Shown: piece after piece, positions 50,283-63,875 of the stretch | Numbering within the stretch: the stretch's first letter is position 1 | Layout: the number at the start of each line of letters is the position of its first letter | From: Malacoraja senta | Lineage: Eukaryota | Direction of reading: 5' to 3' | Length of the DNA stretch: 64,000 nucleotides | Assembly: GCA_038087875.1 (NCBI GenBank) | Contig: CM075997.1 | Location: forward strand, 4,590,001 to 4,654,000 | Notes under the pieces: model-generated | What the model saw: only the letters and a program-made list of their open reading frames with translations | Databases searched by the model: none | What the model was told of the DNA's origin: nothing | Position numbers and translations under genes: made by a program

Positions 50283-50520
50283 AGGGCCTGTCCCACTTTC
50301 ACCACCTAATTCACGACCTTTTTTACTCGTGGACATTTTTCATCAAGCTAGAAAAAACGCCCCGACCTACTTGACGCCACGAGTACCTACGACTAGCATC
50401 ACGGCCTGCTACGACTTACCTACGACCTCCTACGACCTCGTGACGACCATGCTGCGAGTATGAGTCAAGGGCAAACTCGGCAGAGGTGGTGAATTAGGTC
50501 GTGAATTAGGGACAGGGGCT
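50283..50520. mobile_element. PIF/Harbinger-type MITE, family F
   Basis: TIR AGGGCCTGTCCCACTTTCAC.ACCTAATTCAC; flanks TGA/TTA; same family as 53815-54052 and the truncated copy at 56499-56655. Confidence 0.78.
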
Positions 50521-51536
50521 TTAGGAGAGTGGGAGGAAAGTTTTGACAGGTTCAAGGAGCTCTTGCTCTCCCCTGACCTGGCCTTTGTGTGAATCAGCCG
50601 CCCGCCTGGTGTCAGGTTGTGTGTGCGTGTGGGAGTGACTTGGCACCCCGTCCGCCCGCCCGCTCCCGCCTGCGCTCTGCCGCCGCTGTTTGTGTCCACG
50701 TTATTTACAGGCGGGAGATGTGGAGATTGTCAGCACACAAGCCGAGCTCTTTGAAGGGTGGGAAAGCGATATATTCTGCCTGGTGCCAGCAGACAAAGGG
50801 AGTGTGCCCTTTCCAATGAGAGGGAGACGTTACCTTAACTGACCAGGCTTTGTAGATGCCGACTTAACCTCTGTGCGCTGTGCAGCGTTGAGTTATAGAG
50901 TCACTTTAGTTTAGTTTATTGTTATTATTCCTTTACGAAGCTTTTGTTGCGTGCTAACCAGCCAGCGGAAAGACAATACATGATTATAATCGAGCTGTTT
51001 ACAGTGTACGGATACATGATAAGGGAATAACGTTTAGTGCAAGGTAAAGTCTGATCAAAGATAGTCCGAGGGTCACCAATGAGGTAGATAGTAGTTCAGG
51101 ACTGCTCTCCGGTTGTGGTAGGATGATAGCCCTGTCCCACAGTGCGAGTTCATTCCAAGAGCTCTCCCGAGTTTAAAAAAAATCAAACTCGTGGTAAGCA
51201 CGGAGAATGAACGTAGCAGGTACGTCGGAGCTCGGGGACGTCTCTTAGCGCCTCGTACCGCTAACAGCAGGTACTCGGGAAGACTCGCTAACGGCAGGTA
51301 AGCACGGGAAGACTCGTGAAGGTTTTTCAACATGTTGAAAAATGTCCACGAGAGCCCCGAGTACCGACGAGCGGCCATTACCGTAAATCTCCGAGTTCGA
51401 ATCAGGGCAAACTCGGGAGAGCTCTTGGAATGAACTGATTACAGGCGGATAACAGTCATAGTGTCATAGTCTTACAGTGTGGAAACAGGTCCTTCAGCCC
51501 ATCTTGCCCACACTGGCCAACATGTCCATCTGTTTA

Positions 51537-51832
51537 GGGTGGCGCAGCGGTAGAGTTGCTGCCTCACAGCGCTGGAGACCCGGGTTCGATCCTGACTACG
51601 GGTGCTGTCTGTACGGAGTTTGCACGTTCTCCTCATGACCTGCGTGGGTTTTCTCCGGGATCCCTGGTTTCCTCCCACACTCCAAAGACGTGCAGGTTCG
51701 TAGGCTAATTGGCTTCGCTAAAATAGTAAATTGTCCCTCGTGTGTGTAGAATAGTGCTAGTGTACGGTGATCGCTGATCAGCACGGACTTAGTGGGCCGA
51801 AGGGCCTGTTTCCACACTGTATCTCTAAACTG
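51537..51832 (+). mobile_element. tRNA-derived SINE (HE1-like)
   Basis: Box A/B head and CR1-like tail. Confidence 0.85.
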
Positions 51833-53814
51833 AACAAAATCTACACTAGTCCCGCCTGCCTGCATTTAGCCCAGATCCCTCTAAACCTGTCCTATCCACG
51901 TACCTGTCTAAATGTTTCTTAAACCTTGTGATAGTCCCAGCCTCAACTACCTCCTCCCACAGCACGTTCCATACACCCACCACCCTTGGTGTAAAAAAAG
52001 GTTACCCCTCAGGTTCCTGTTAAGTCTTTCCCCTCTTGATCTTTCCTGTCCATGTCCCTGTTCAAATGTCTTTTAAATATTGTTCTAGCAGCTGCCTCAA
52101 CTATCTCCTCTGGCGGCTTGATCCAAATACATAGAAGCATAGACAATAGGTGTAGGTGTAGGCCATTCGGCCCTTCGAGCCAGCACCGCCATTCAATATG
52201 ATCATGGCTGATCATCTACAATCAGTACCCCGTTCCTGCTTTCTCCCCATATCCCTTGATTCCCTTAGCCCTAAGAGCTAAATCTAACTCTCACTTGAAA
52301 ACATCCAGTGAATTGGCCTCCACTGCCTTCTGTGGCAAAGAATTCCACAGATTCACAACTCTCTGGGTGAAAAAGTTTTCCCTCATCTCAGCCCTAAATA
52401 GCCGACCCCCTTATTCCTAAACTGTGACCCCTGGTTCTGGACTCCCCCAACATCGGGAACATTTTTTCCTGCATCGAGCCTGTCCAATACCTTAAGAATT
52501 TTATATGTTTCTGTCAGATCCTACATTGCCCTTGTATGAAAAACATTCCCCACAGGTTCTTTTTAAGTATTTCCCTCCTCACCTTAAGCCTATGTCCTCT
52601 GGTTCTCAATTCCTTTTCTGTGGGCAAAAGACTCTGCGCGTCTACCCGATCAATTCATAGAGTGTCATAGAGTGATACAGTGTGGAAACAGGCCCTTCAG
52701 CCCAACTTGCCCACACTGACCAACATGTCCATTCTACACCAGTCCCACCTGCCCGCGTTTGGTCCATATCCCTCCAAACCCGTCCTATCCATGTACCTGT
52801 CTAACTGCTTCTTAAGCATTGCGATAGTCCCAGCCTCAACTACCTCCTCTGGCAGCTTGTTCCATACACCCACCACCCTTTGTGTGGAAATGTTACCCCT
52901 CAGATTCCTATTAAATCTTTAGCCCTTCACCTTAAATCTACAGTATGTCCTCTGGTCCTCGATTCCCCTACTCTGGGCAAGAGACTCTGTGCATCTGCCC
53001 GATCTATTCCTCTCATGATTTTGTACACCTCTATAAGATCACCCCTCAATCCCTCATCCTCCTGCACTCCATGGGATAGAGACCCAGCCTGCTCAACCTC
53101 TCCCATTGCTCACAGCCTCTGATGGTTTTGTACACCTCTGTACGAGTTGGCTTTGATCGGCCTGTTGGCTGTGTTCTGTACAACAAACACACTGTGATGA
53201 GGCTCAGTGTCCGCTGCACACTCCCAGCTTGTGGCCACGCTCACAGTAAACAAACCACACAACGCTGCTTGACTCCGAAGCAGCTCGCTCTAACGTGCTC
53301 TGATGTGTCGCACAGTGCCCCTGGCTCTGCCTCTGATAGAGACACCACATTAAATCCTCTCTTGATAGTACAGCTTTCACCATGACACAGGCTGATGAAC
53401 CGCGACATCTGATATTACATACATTCCTCGTGGCTTTCTGGGCCGATGAAGAGGTCGCTGCCTCTATCCAGGCCCGCTCGCTTCTCACAACATCTCCCTT
53501 CACCCACGAGTCGGTGCCACTGGCTAAACCACTGGTAGTTCCTTCATTAGTTCATTCATTGCGTCTCGACCCGAAGCATCACCCATTCCTTCTCTCCAGA
53601 GACGCTGCCTGTTACTCCAGCGTTTTGTGTCTATCTTTGTTTTAAACCAGCATCTGCAGTTACTTCCTGCACATAGCTTATTCATTAGACAAGCTGCGAG
53701 GATCGTAGAGTCACAGAGTCTTACAGCGGGGAAACAGGCCCTTCGGCCCACACTGGCCACCATGTCCCATCTACACCAGTCCCACTTGCCTGCATTTGGC
53801 CCATATCCCACTAT

Positions 53815-54052
53815 AGGGCCTGCCCCACTTTCACGACCTAATTCACGACCCTTTTTACTCGTGGACATTTTTCATCAGGCTAGAAAAACGTCCCGACCTA
53901 CTTGATGCCACGAGTACCTACGACTAGCATCACGGCCTACCTACGACCTTCCTACGACCTCCTACGACCTCGTGACGACCATGCTGCGAGTATGAGTCAA
54001 GGGCAAACTCGGCGGAGGTCGTGAATTCGGTCGTGTAAGTGGGACAGGCCCT
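53815..54052. mobile_element. PIF/Harbinger-type MITE, family F, inserted in a CR1 3' end
   Basis: TIR AGGGCCTGCCCCACTT...AAGTGGGACAGGCCCT. Confidence 0.8.
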
Positions 54053-54635
54053 TTATCCTGTCCTAGCCATGTACCTGTCTAATTGCTTCCTAAACGTTGC
54101 AATAGTGCTCAACCACCTCCTCCGGCAGCTCGTTCCATACACCCTCTGTGTGGAAAAAGTTACTCCTCAGATTCCAATAAAATCCTTCCCCCCTCACCTT
54201 CAGCCTATGTCTTCTGGTTCTCGATTCCCCTGCTCTGGGCAAGAGAGTCTGTTCGCCCACCCGATCTATTCCTCTCATGATTTGATACGCCTTTATTTAA
54301 GCTAGGGGGGTGATCTTGCACAGGGGTAGGTCTTGAATCTAGCTCAATTGTGGGTTGGTTCTGGTCGACGTCAGCTCATCACCAGAGAAGGAAGTGAGCA
54401 ATCTTTTTTTTGTGGGCTGGAGAATTGGAGCCGGAGGAAAGTCAATCACTGATTAAAGAGAAACCGATGTACTTCAATAGGTGACGTCCACAGAGCTGTC
54501 GGGAGAGGAAAGGGACTCGGTTACTCTTACTTAAAGGGGCCAACATGGGCAGGATGGGCCGAATGGCTTTCTGTGCTGGCTGATTCAGCGATAGGACGCC
54601 TCTCGCAACCTCATCACGTTCTAGAGGTCTCCACA

Positions 54636-55052
54636 GCCCAACATCTCCGCTCAGTTCGCACTAACCAACCTGATCTCCCGGTGGCTCAGCACTTCAACTC
54701 CCCCTCCCATTCCGAATCCTACCTTTCTGTCCTGGGCCTCCTCCGTGGCCAGAGTGAGCCCCACCGCAAATTGGAGGAGCAGCACCTCATATTTCGCTTG
54801 GGCAGTTTACACCCCAGCGGTATGAACATTGACTTCTCCAATTTCAGGTAGTCCTTGCTTTCTCCCTCCTTCCCCTCCCCTTCCCTGCTCCCCCACAGCC
54901 CACTGTCTCCGCCTCTTCCTTTCTTCTTCCCGCCCAACCCCCACACCCCCACATGTCTGAAGAAGGGTCTCGACCCAAAATGTCACCTATTTCCTTCGCT
55001 CCATAGATGCTGCCTCACCTGCTGAGTTTCTCCAGCAATTTTGTCTACCTTC
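54636..55052 (+). mobile_element. Penelope-like element 3' fragment (GIY-YIG C-terminal half, 3' UTR and hammerhead motif at about 54957-54984)
   Basis: ORF 54573..54851: QHLRSVRTNQPDLPVAQHFNSPSHSES...KLEEQHLIFRLGSLHPSGMNIDFSNFR*. Confidence 0.88.
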
Positions 55053-55104
55053 CACAGCCAGGAATGTACTTTTGGTATCTATTCACTGTTATATATAAGT
55101 GATA

Positions 55105-55686
55105 CAGGCTGATGAAGAAGGTTTTTGGCACATTGGGTATAGAAGGTTGGGAGGTCATGTTGCAGTTGTATAAAACATTGGTGAGGCTGCATTTAGAGTA
55201 TTTTGTTCAGTTTTAGTCACCTTGTCATGGGAAAGATGTTGTCAAGCTGGAAAGGGCGCAGAGAATATTTACGTGGATGTTGCCAGGACTCGAGGGCTTG
55301 AGCTACAGGGAGAGGTTGAGCAGGCTGGGTCTCTATTCATTGGAGCGCAGGAGGATGAGGGAGTGATCTTTTAGAGGTGTACAAAATCATGAGAGGAATA
55401 GAACAGGTCTCTTGCCCAGAGTAGGGGAATCGAGATTAAGAGGACACAGGTTTAAGGTGAGGGAGGAAAGATTTAATAGGAACCTGAGGGTTAACATTTT
55501 TACACAAATGGTGGCAGATATATAATGTTTAAGACATTTGGACAGGTGCATGGATAGGGTACGTTTAGATGGATATTGGCCAAATGCAGGCAGATGGGAC
55601 TAGTTTAGATGGACATGTTGGTCGGCGTGGGCAAGTTGGGCCGAAGGGCCTGTTTCCACATCGTGTGACTCTACGACTCTATGACT
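55105..55686 (+). mobile_element. Older CR1/HER1 LINE 3' fragment
   Basis: Degenerate LQLYKTLVRLHLEYFVQF...LSYRERLSRLGLYSLERRRM; tail gactctatgact. Confidence 0.8.
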
Positions 55687-58600
55687 AGAGATCCTATTTC
55701 TGCCAATAAGATTATAAGCAATTTTTAAATTAATATTGGAGCCTTGATTTGTAGTCATGTGTGTAGATGGATGGACCTTGTGAGGGTGAACGACCCTTGT
55801 CCCCCTTCATGTCCCTCACCACAGCCTCACTGACATTCCCTTCCTTCCTCTCCATGTTATTGGAGTCCAACAGACTTCTGTAGTCACATTTTGCGCAGGA
55901 AAAGGCCCTTCGGCCCATCACATCCACCCCGTCAACCACCCATTGACACCTGTTGATTGATTCAGTGCAAGATACAGCATGGAAACTAGGCTCTTCGGCC
56001 CTTCGGCCCACCAAGACCATGCTGACCATCAATCACCCGTTCACACTGGTTCTATGTTATTCCCACTTTCCCATCCAATCCCTACACACGAGAGGGCCAT
56101 TGACAGAGGGCCAATTAGCCTTCAAACCCGCGCGTCTTTGGGATGTGGGAGGAAACCGGAGCACCCGGAGGTAACCCACCAGGTCACAGGGAGAACATGC
56201 AAACTCCACACACAGACAGCGTCCGAGGTCAGGATCAAACCTCATAGATCGTATAGAACCATAGAAACACATAGAAACACATAAAGTTCTCAAGGGATTG
56301 GACAGGCTAGATGCAGGAAAAATGTTCCCCATGTTGGGGGAGTCCAGAACCAGAGGTCACAGTTTACGAATAAAGGGCAGGCCATTTAGGATTGAGATGA
56401 GGAAAAACTTTTTCAACCAGAGAGTTGTGAATCTGTGGAATTCTCTGCCACAGAGGGCAGTGGAGGCCCATTCACTAGATGTTTTCAAGAGAGAGTTACG
56501 GGCCTGTCCCACTTTCACGCCCTAATTCATGACCTTTTTCACTCGTGGACATTTTTCATCATGCTAGAAAAAAGGCCCGACCTACTTGAGACCACGAGTA
56601 CCTACGACCTACCTACGACCTACCTACGACCTACCTACGACCTACCTACGACCTAGGGCTAATGGAATCAAGGGATACGGGAGAAAGCAGGAACGGGGTA
56701 CTGATTCTGGATGATCAGCCATGATCACATTGAATGGCGGTGCTGGCTCGAAGGGCCGAATGGCCTACTCCTGCACCTATTTACCATGTTTCTATGAACC
56801 GCTGGAGCTGCTGCTAACGATGGGAGAGAGACACAAAAAGTTGGAGTAACTCAGCATCTCTGGAGAGAAGGGATGGATGGGTGACGTTTCGGGTCGAGGC
56901 CCTTCTTCAGGCTCCGGCTAATGATGGCAGCCATGTTGAACCTTGCATGCAAGTTTTGTTGGCCGGGAGGATCATCTCCGTGCTTTGTTCTGGTAGCTGT
57001 TGACAGACTGATGGATAGGCAGCTGTAAGTACATGTAGTGTGGTTGTCAAAGTATAATTGTCCCTGCAGGGCTAGTGGTGCACTGTGCCAGCAGACTGCT
57101 CTGCAGGTTGCATCATTGTTTCTCAAAGTTCCCACAGCCAGCGAGGGGAGGGGAAGCATTGGTACACGCACGTCTTGTCAGAGTACCTGTGCAGGAAGGA
57201 ACCGCAGATCGACCCAGGATGCTGGAGTTACTCAGAGGGTGGTGGGTCTACGGAAGGAGCTGCCAGAGGAGGTAGTTGAGGCTGGGACTATCCCAACGTT
57301 TAAGAAACAGTTAGACAGGTACATGGATCGGACAGGTTTGGAGGGATATGGCAGGTGGGACTAGTGAAGCTGGGACATGTTGGCCGGTGTTGGCAAGTTG
57401 GGCCGAAGGGCCTGTTTCCACACTGTATTCCACACTGTATCCACACTAGTGGTGAGTCTGTGGAATTCTCTGCCTCAGAGGGCGGTGGAGGCCGGTTCTC
57501 TGGATGCTTTCAAGAGAGAGCTAGATAGGGCTCTTAAAAATAGCGGAGTCAGGGGATATGGGGGAGTAGGCAGAAACGGGGTACTGATTGGGGATGATCA
57601 GCCATGATCACATTGAATGGCGGTGCTGGCTCTGAAGAGCCGAATGGCCTACTCCTGCACCTATTGTTTATTGTATCACTCTATGACTCAGCGGGGTAGG
57701 CAGCATCTCTGGAGGAAAGGAATAGATGACGTTTCGGGTCATAAGGTCATCGGAGTAGAATTTGGCCATTCGGCCCATCAAGTCTACTCTGCCTCAATCA
57801 TGGCTGATCTATCTCTCCCTCCTAACCCCATTCTCCCGCCTTCTCCGCACAACCTTTGACTCCGGTACTAATCAAGAATCTGTCTTTCTCTGCCTTACAA
57901 ATATCCACTGACTTGGCCTCCACAGCCGTCTGTGGCAAAGAATTCCACAGATCTGGCTGAAGAAACATCTCCTCATCTCCTTCCCAAAAAGAACATCCTT
58001 TAATTCTGAGGCTGTGGCCTCTAGTCCTAGACTCCCCCTCTGAACGGTCGAGACCCTTCTTCGGACTGCAGATGCTGGTTTATACCGAAGGTGGAGACCA
58101 AAAGTTGGAGTAACTCAGCGAGTCAGGCAGCATCATTGGAGGAAAGGGATAGGAGATGTTTTGGGTCGAGACCCTTCCTCAAACTGACTGAGGAAGGCTT
58201 CTGACCCGAAATGTCACCTCTTCCCTTTCTTCAGAGATGCTGCCTGACCCGCTGAGTTACTCCAGCTTTTTGTGTCCATTGTCAGAGTTCTTGTTTAGTA
58301 TAAAGATACAACGTGGAACCAGGCCCTTCGGCCCACCGAGTCCACGACGACCATCGATCACCAATTCCCAATAGTTCTATGCTATTCCACTCCCGACACA
58401 CTAGGGGGCGATTTACGGAGGGCCAATTAACCTACAAACCCGCACGACGTTGGGACGTGGGAGCAAACCGGAGCACCCGGAGGAAACCCATGTGGTCACT
58501 GGGAGAACGTGCAAACTCCACAGAGGCGGCACCCGAGGATCGAACCCGGGACTCTCTGACGCTCCTGATCCTTGGGTTTTCTCAGCACTTTACACGGATG

Positions 58601-58866
58601 TCAGGCATGGAATCTGGGAGCTCCAGTAGCCCGTTCTTCCCATTCCCCATCTTCAACCACTTCCCATAACCTTGTGGTCTTAGGATCATAGAGTGCAGAA
58701 GAAGGCCCTTTGGCCCACTCATCCCACCCAATCAACATATCTTCTTGAGCTCATCCCTACATCCCTCTAAAACTTTTTTGTCCATGGCCCTGTCAAAATG
58801 TCACCTTCCCATTCCAACACTGACCATTCTATCCTGGGATAGACTTCAGAAGAAGGGTCTCGACCC

Positions 58867-59066
58867 NNNNNNNNNNNNNNNNNNNNNNNNNNNNNNNNNN
58901 NNNNNNNNNNNNNNNNNNNNNNNNNNNNNNNNNNNNNNNNNNNNNNNNNNNNNNNNNNNNNNNNNNNNNNNNNNNNNNNNNNNNNNNNNNNNNNNNNNNN
59001 NNNNNNNNNNNNNNNNNNNNNNNNNNNNNNNNNNNNNNNNNNNNNNNNNNNNNNNNNNNNNNNNNN
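58867..59066. other. Assembly gap (200 N)
   Basis: Run of 200 N; the left contig ends inside a Penelope-derived repeat and the right contig starts inside a Rex1-like 3' UTR. Confidence 0.99.
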
Positions 59067-59339
59067 CTGTAATCAGGCTTCTGAACGGTCCCTTCCATAA
59101 GCCAGGGTACTGTCCGATTCACCTCTACCCCATTGCGGACATTGGACTTTGTCTGTGGAACTGATGCGCTACAATGCTGAGAACTATATTCTGCACTCTG
59201 TATCTTCCCCTTTGCTCTACCTATAGCACTGGAGTTTGACTTGATTGCATTTATGTCCAGTATTATCTGATCTGATTAGATAGCGACCAAAAAAAAGTTA
59301 TTCACTGTACCTCGGTACACGTGACAATAATGAACCTAA

Positions 59340-60384
59340 GGGGCCTGTCCCACTGCGGCGACCTAATTTGCGAGTTTAGTTGAGTTTGCGCTCGACTCAA
59401 ACTCGCAGGATGGTCGACACGTGGTCCTAGGAGGTCTTTGTAACTCTCCTTCATGCTCGAGAGTAGTCCCCGCATACTCGAGGCCTCAGTTTGGTCGCGG
59501 CGTATTTTTCAACATGTTGAAAAATGCCCGCGAGTAAAAATTGCTCTGCATGGAAAAAATCAATACTTTTTTACTCGTAGGTTTAGTCGAAGTAGGTCGC
59601 AGTAGGTCAGCATGTTAGTCGTAGGTAATCGAAGGCAGTCGTAGATAGTGTTAGTATAGTCGAAGGACATCGAAGGAGGTCGTCTTCACTCTCCACTATT
59701 CGGTGTCCAATTTTCCCGAAGTTAGTCTTCAACATAGTCGAAGGAGGTCGAAGGAGGTCTTCTACATAGAAACATAGAAAATAGGTGCAGGAGGAAGCCA
59801 TTCGGCCCTTCGAGCCAGCACCGCCATTCATTGTGATCATGGCTGATCGTCCCCAATCAATAACCCGTGCCTGCCTTCTCCCCATATCCCTTGACTCCAC
59901 TAGCCCCCAGAGCTCTATCTAACTCTCTCTTAAATCCATCCAGTGACTTGGCCTCCACTGCCCTCTGTGGCAGGGATTTCCACAAATTCACAACTCTCTG
60001 GGTGAAAACGTTTTTCTCGCCTCAGTCTTAAATGGCCTCCCCTTTATTCTAAGACTGTGGCCCCTGGTTCTGGACTCGCCCAACATTGGGAACATTTTTC
60101 CTGCATCTAGCTTGTCCAGTCCTTTTATAATTTTATATGTTTCTATAAGATCCCCCCCCTCATCCTTCTAAACTCCAGTGAATACAAGCCTAGACTTTCC
60201 AATCTTTCCTCGCAAGACATAGTCGAAAGAGGTCTTCATCATATTCGTAGGAGGTTCTCTACATAGTCGAGGAAGGTCGTAGGAGTTGTTCTATTTCAGC
60301 AATACAACACGACCATGACACTTTTAAAACTCTCCTAAACTCTTCTAAACTCGCAAATTAGGTCCCCGCAGTAGGGCAGCCCCT
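59340..60384. mobile_element. PIF/Harbinger-type MITE, family E, containing a nested CR1 3' fragment (about 59764-60215, -)
   Basis: TIR GGGGCCTGTCCCACTGCGGCGACCTAATTTGCGAGTTTAG; TAA/TAA TSD; internal sequence homologous to 43448-43958. Confidence 0.82.
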
Positions 60385-60834
60385 TAAATCTAAACGTACA
60401 CATGTATGCTTGAGGGTATGTGTGTGTCATTGTGTCTGTGTCTGTGTATGTGTATCTTGTTTAGGAAGGAACTGCAGGTGCTGGTTTACACCGAAGATAG
60501 ACATAAAATGCTGGAGTAACTCAGCGGGCCAGGCAGCATCTCTGGAGAGAAGGAATGGGTGACGTTTCGGGTCGAGAAGAGTCCCAAAACGGCAACTATT
60601 CTTTCTCTCCAGAGCATCAGAAGCCTGGATCGCCTCAGCGCAGAGGGAGAACAAAGCGGGAAGAGACAGAGACTTTAAGACTTTTGCCTCCATCACAGTG
60701 AGGAGGTGCCTGGTGAACTCACTGTGGTGGATGTTAATTTGTGTTTATTGTGTGTTTTGTCATTTATTATTATATGTATGACTGCAGGCAACGAAATTTC
60801 GTTCAGACCGAAAGGTCTGAATGACAAATAAAGG

Positions 60835-60868
<34 letters not shown>

Positions 60869-61164
60869 GCTGCCTGACCCGCTGAGTTACTCCAGCATTT
60901 TGTGTCTATCTACGGGATTTTTGTGTGTGTGAATGTGTTTTTGGTGTGTGTGTGTGTGTGTGTTCATAAGGACATAAGTGATAGGAGCAGAATTAGGCCA
61001 TTTGGCCCATCAAGTCTACTCCGCCATTCAATCATGGCTGATCTATCTCTCCCTCCGAACCCCATTCTCCTGCCTTCTCCCCATAACCCCTGACACCCGT
61101 ACTAATCAGGACAGCCCCAGGCTGATCCGCACTAGTCAAGGATCTATCTATCTATACATCTCAG

Positions 61165-62408
<1,244 letters not shown>

Positions 62409-62566
62409 ACACAAGTGAACACTACACAAACAATACTAGTGTTGGACGGGCCAGGACAGGGGGCTTTAACTGCGGCCACATTCCTGCTGCCTCCATCACA
62501 GGCTGCAGGCATCCTCTTACTGTCGTTAGAGGACAGACTGGCGGCTAATGTTGGCTCATGGTTAGA

Positions 62567-62626
62567 TCTCTCTCCCTCTCCCTCTCCCTCTCCCTCTCCC
62601 TCTCCCTCTCCCTCTCTCCCTCCCTC

Positions 62627-62707
<81 letters not shown>

Positions 62708-62765
62708 CTATGTCTCTCTCACTATCTCTCTCTATCTCTATCTCTCTCTATCTCTCACTCTCTCC
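62567..62765 (+). repeat. (CTCTCC)n/(CT)n microsatellite
   Basis: Seen directly in the sequence. Confidence 0.95.
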
Positions 62766-63489
62766 TTCCCTCATTCATTTCCCACCCTCTCCCCCACACA
62801 TCCCCACCCACACTTCAGCCCCGGACACCCAGGGAAGGGACACTCTGCTGGTTCCCAGCGAGGAATCCAGTACAGTTTCACTGCGTCATATCGTTGCCCT
62901 TCCCTCTGATGTTGTAGCAGACTTGTTACAGGGGTGAGCCATGGCAACTGAACAGCTCGTGGGGTGGGGGCTTAGTCGTAAAGGGATGGGGCATGCATGT
63001 GGCGTAAGCACGAATCGATACGATAGAACTTTATTTATCCAGGAGGGAAATTGTTCAGCCAACAGTCATAAAAACACAAAATACATGAAACGTAATTAAA
63101 GTGACAAGTGGAAATGATTGAGGATGTGCAAAGATTGGGGAGGGGGTGGGGAGGGGGGGGGAGTCAGTCTCAGTCGACCCCACGACAGAATGGGCGGAGT
63201 TGTACAATTTGATAGCCACAGGGAAGAAAGATCTCCTGTGGCGTTCTGTCCTGCATCTTGGTGGATGTCTTAAAGGGCTGCGACATGCATGGATCACAAC
63301 ACTGAAACAGAACCAAATGTAAGTGTTATGGTGCGTTATTTGCCACATGTACTGAGGTTCAGTGGAATTCAAGTTTGTACGCAGTTCAGTGCAATATAAT
63401 AAGAGTATTAAAACTCTTAATGGGCAGTTGGAAGCTTTTCCCAAGGTGGAAATGTCAAAGACTAGCGGGCAGAGTCTACTTTTCTGTAG

Positions 63490-63875
63490 ACTTTAAAGAT
63501 ACAGCATGGAAACTGGCCCTTCGGCCCATCGAGTCCGCCGCCCAGCGATCCCTGCACACTAGCACTATCCTACACATACAAGGGACAACTTCAATGGTCT
63601 ACCAAAGCCAATTAACCTACAAGCCTGTACGTCTTTGGAGTCAAAGTCAATTTTATTTGTCACATGCCCCCGAAGGTGCAGTGAAATGAATTTGCCAGCA
63701 ACGACACACGTAAAAAGAACACACGATACACAATACAGTGTGGGAGGAAACCGAAGATCTCGGAGCCACAGGGAGAACGTACAAACTATGTACAGACAGC
63801 ACCCGTAGTCGGGATCGAACCCGGGGTCTCCAGCGCTGTAAGGCAGCAACTCTACCGCTGCACCACCGTGTCGCC
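63490..63875 (-). mobile_element. tRNA-derived SINE interrupted by a LINE 3' tail (about 63640-63735)
   Basis: The SINE halves join at tctttggagt|gtgggaggaaaccg; the insert ends in tgacaaataaaattgactttgac on the minus strand. Confidence 0.7.
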
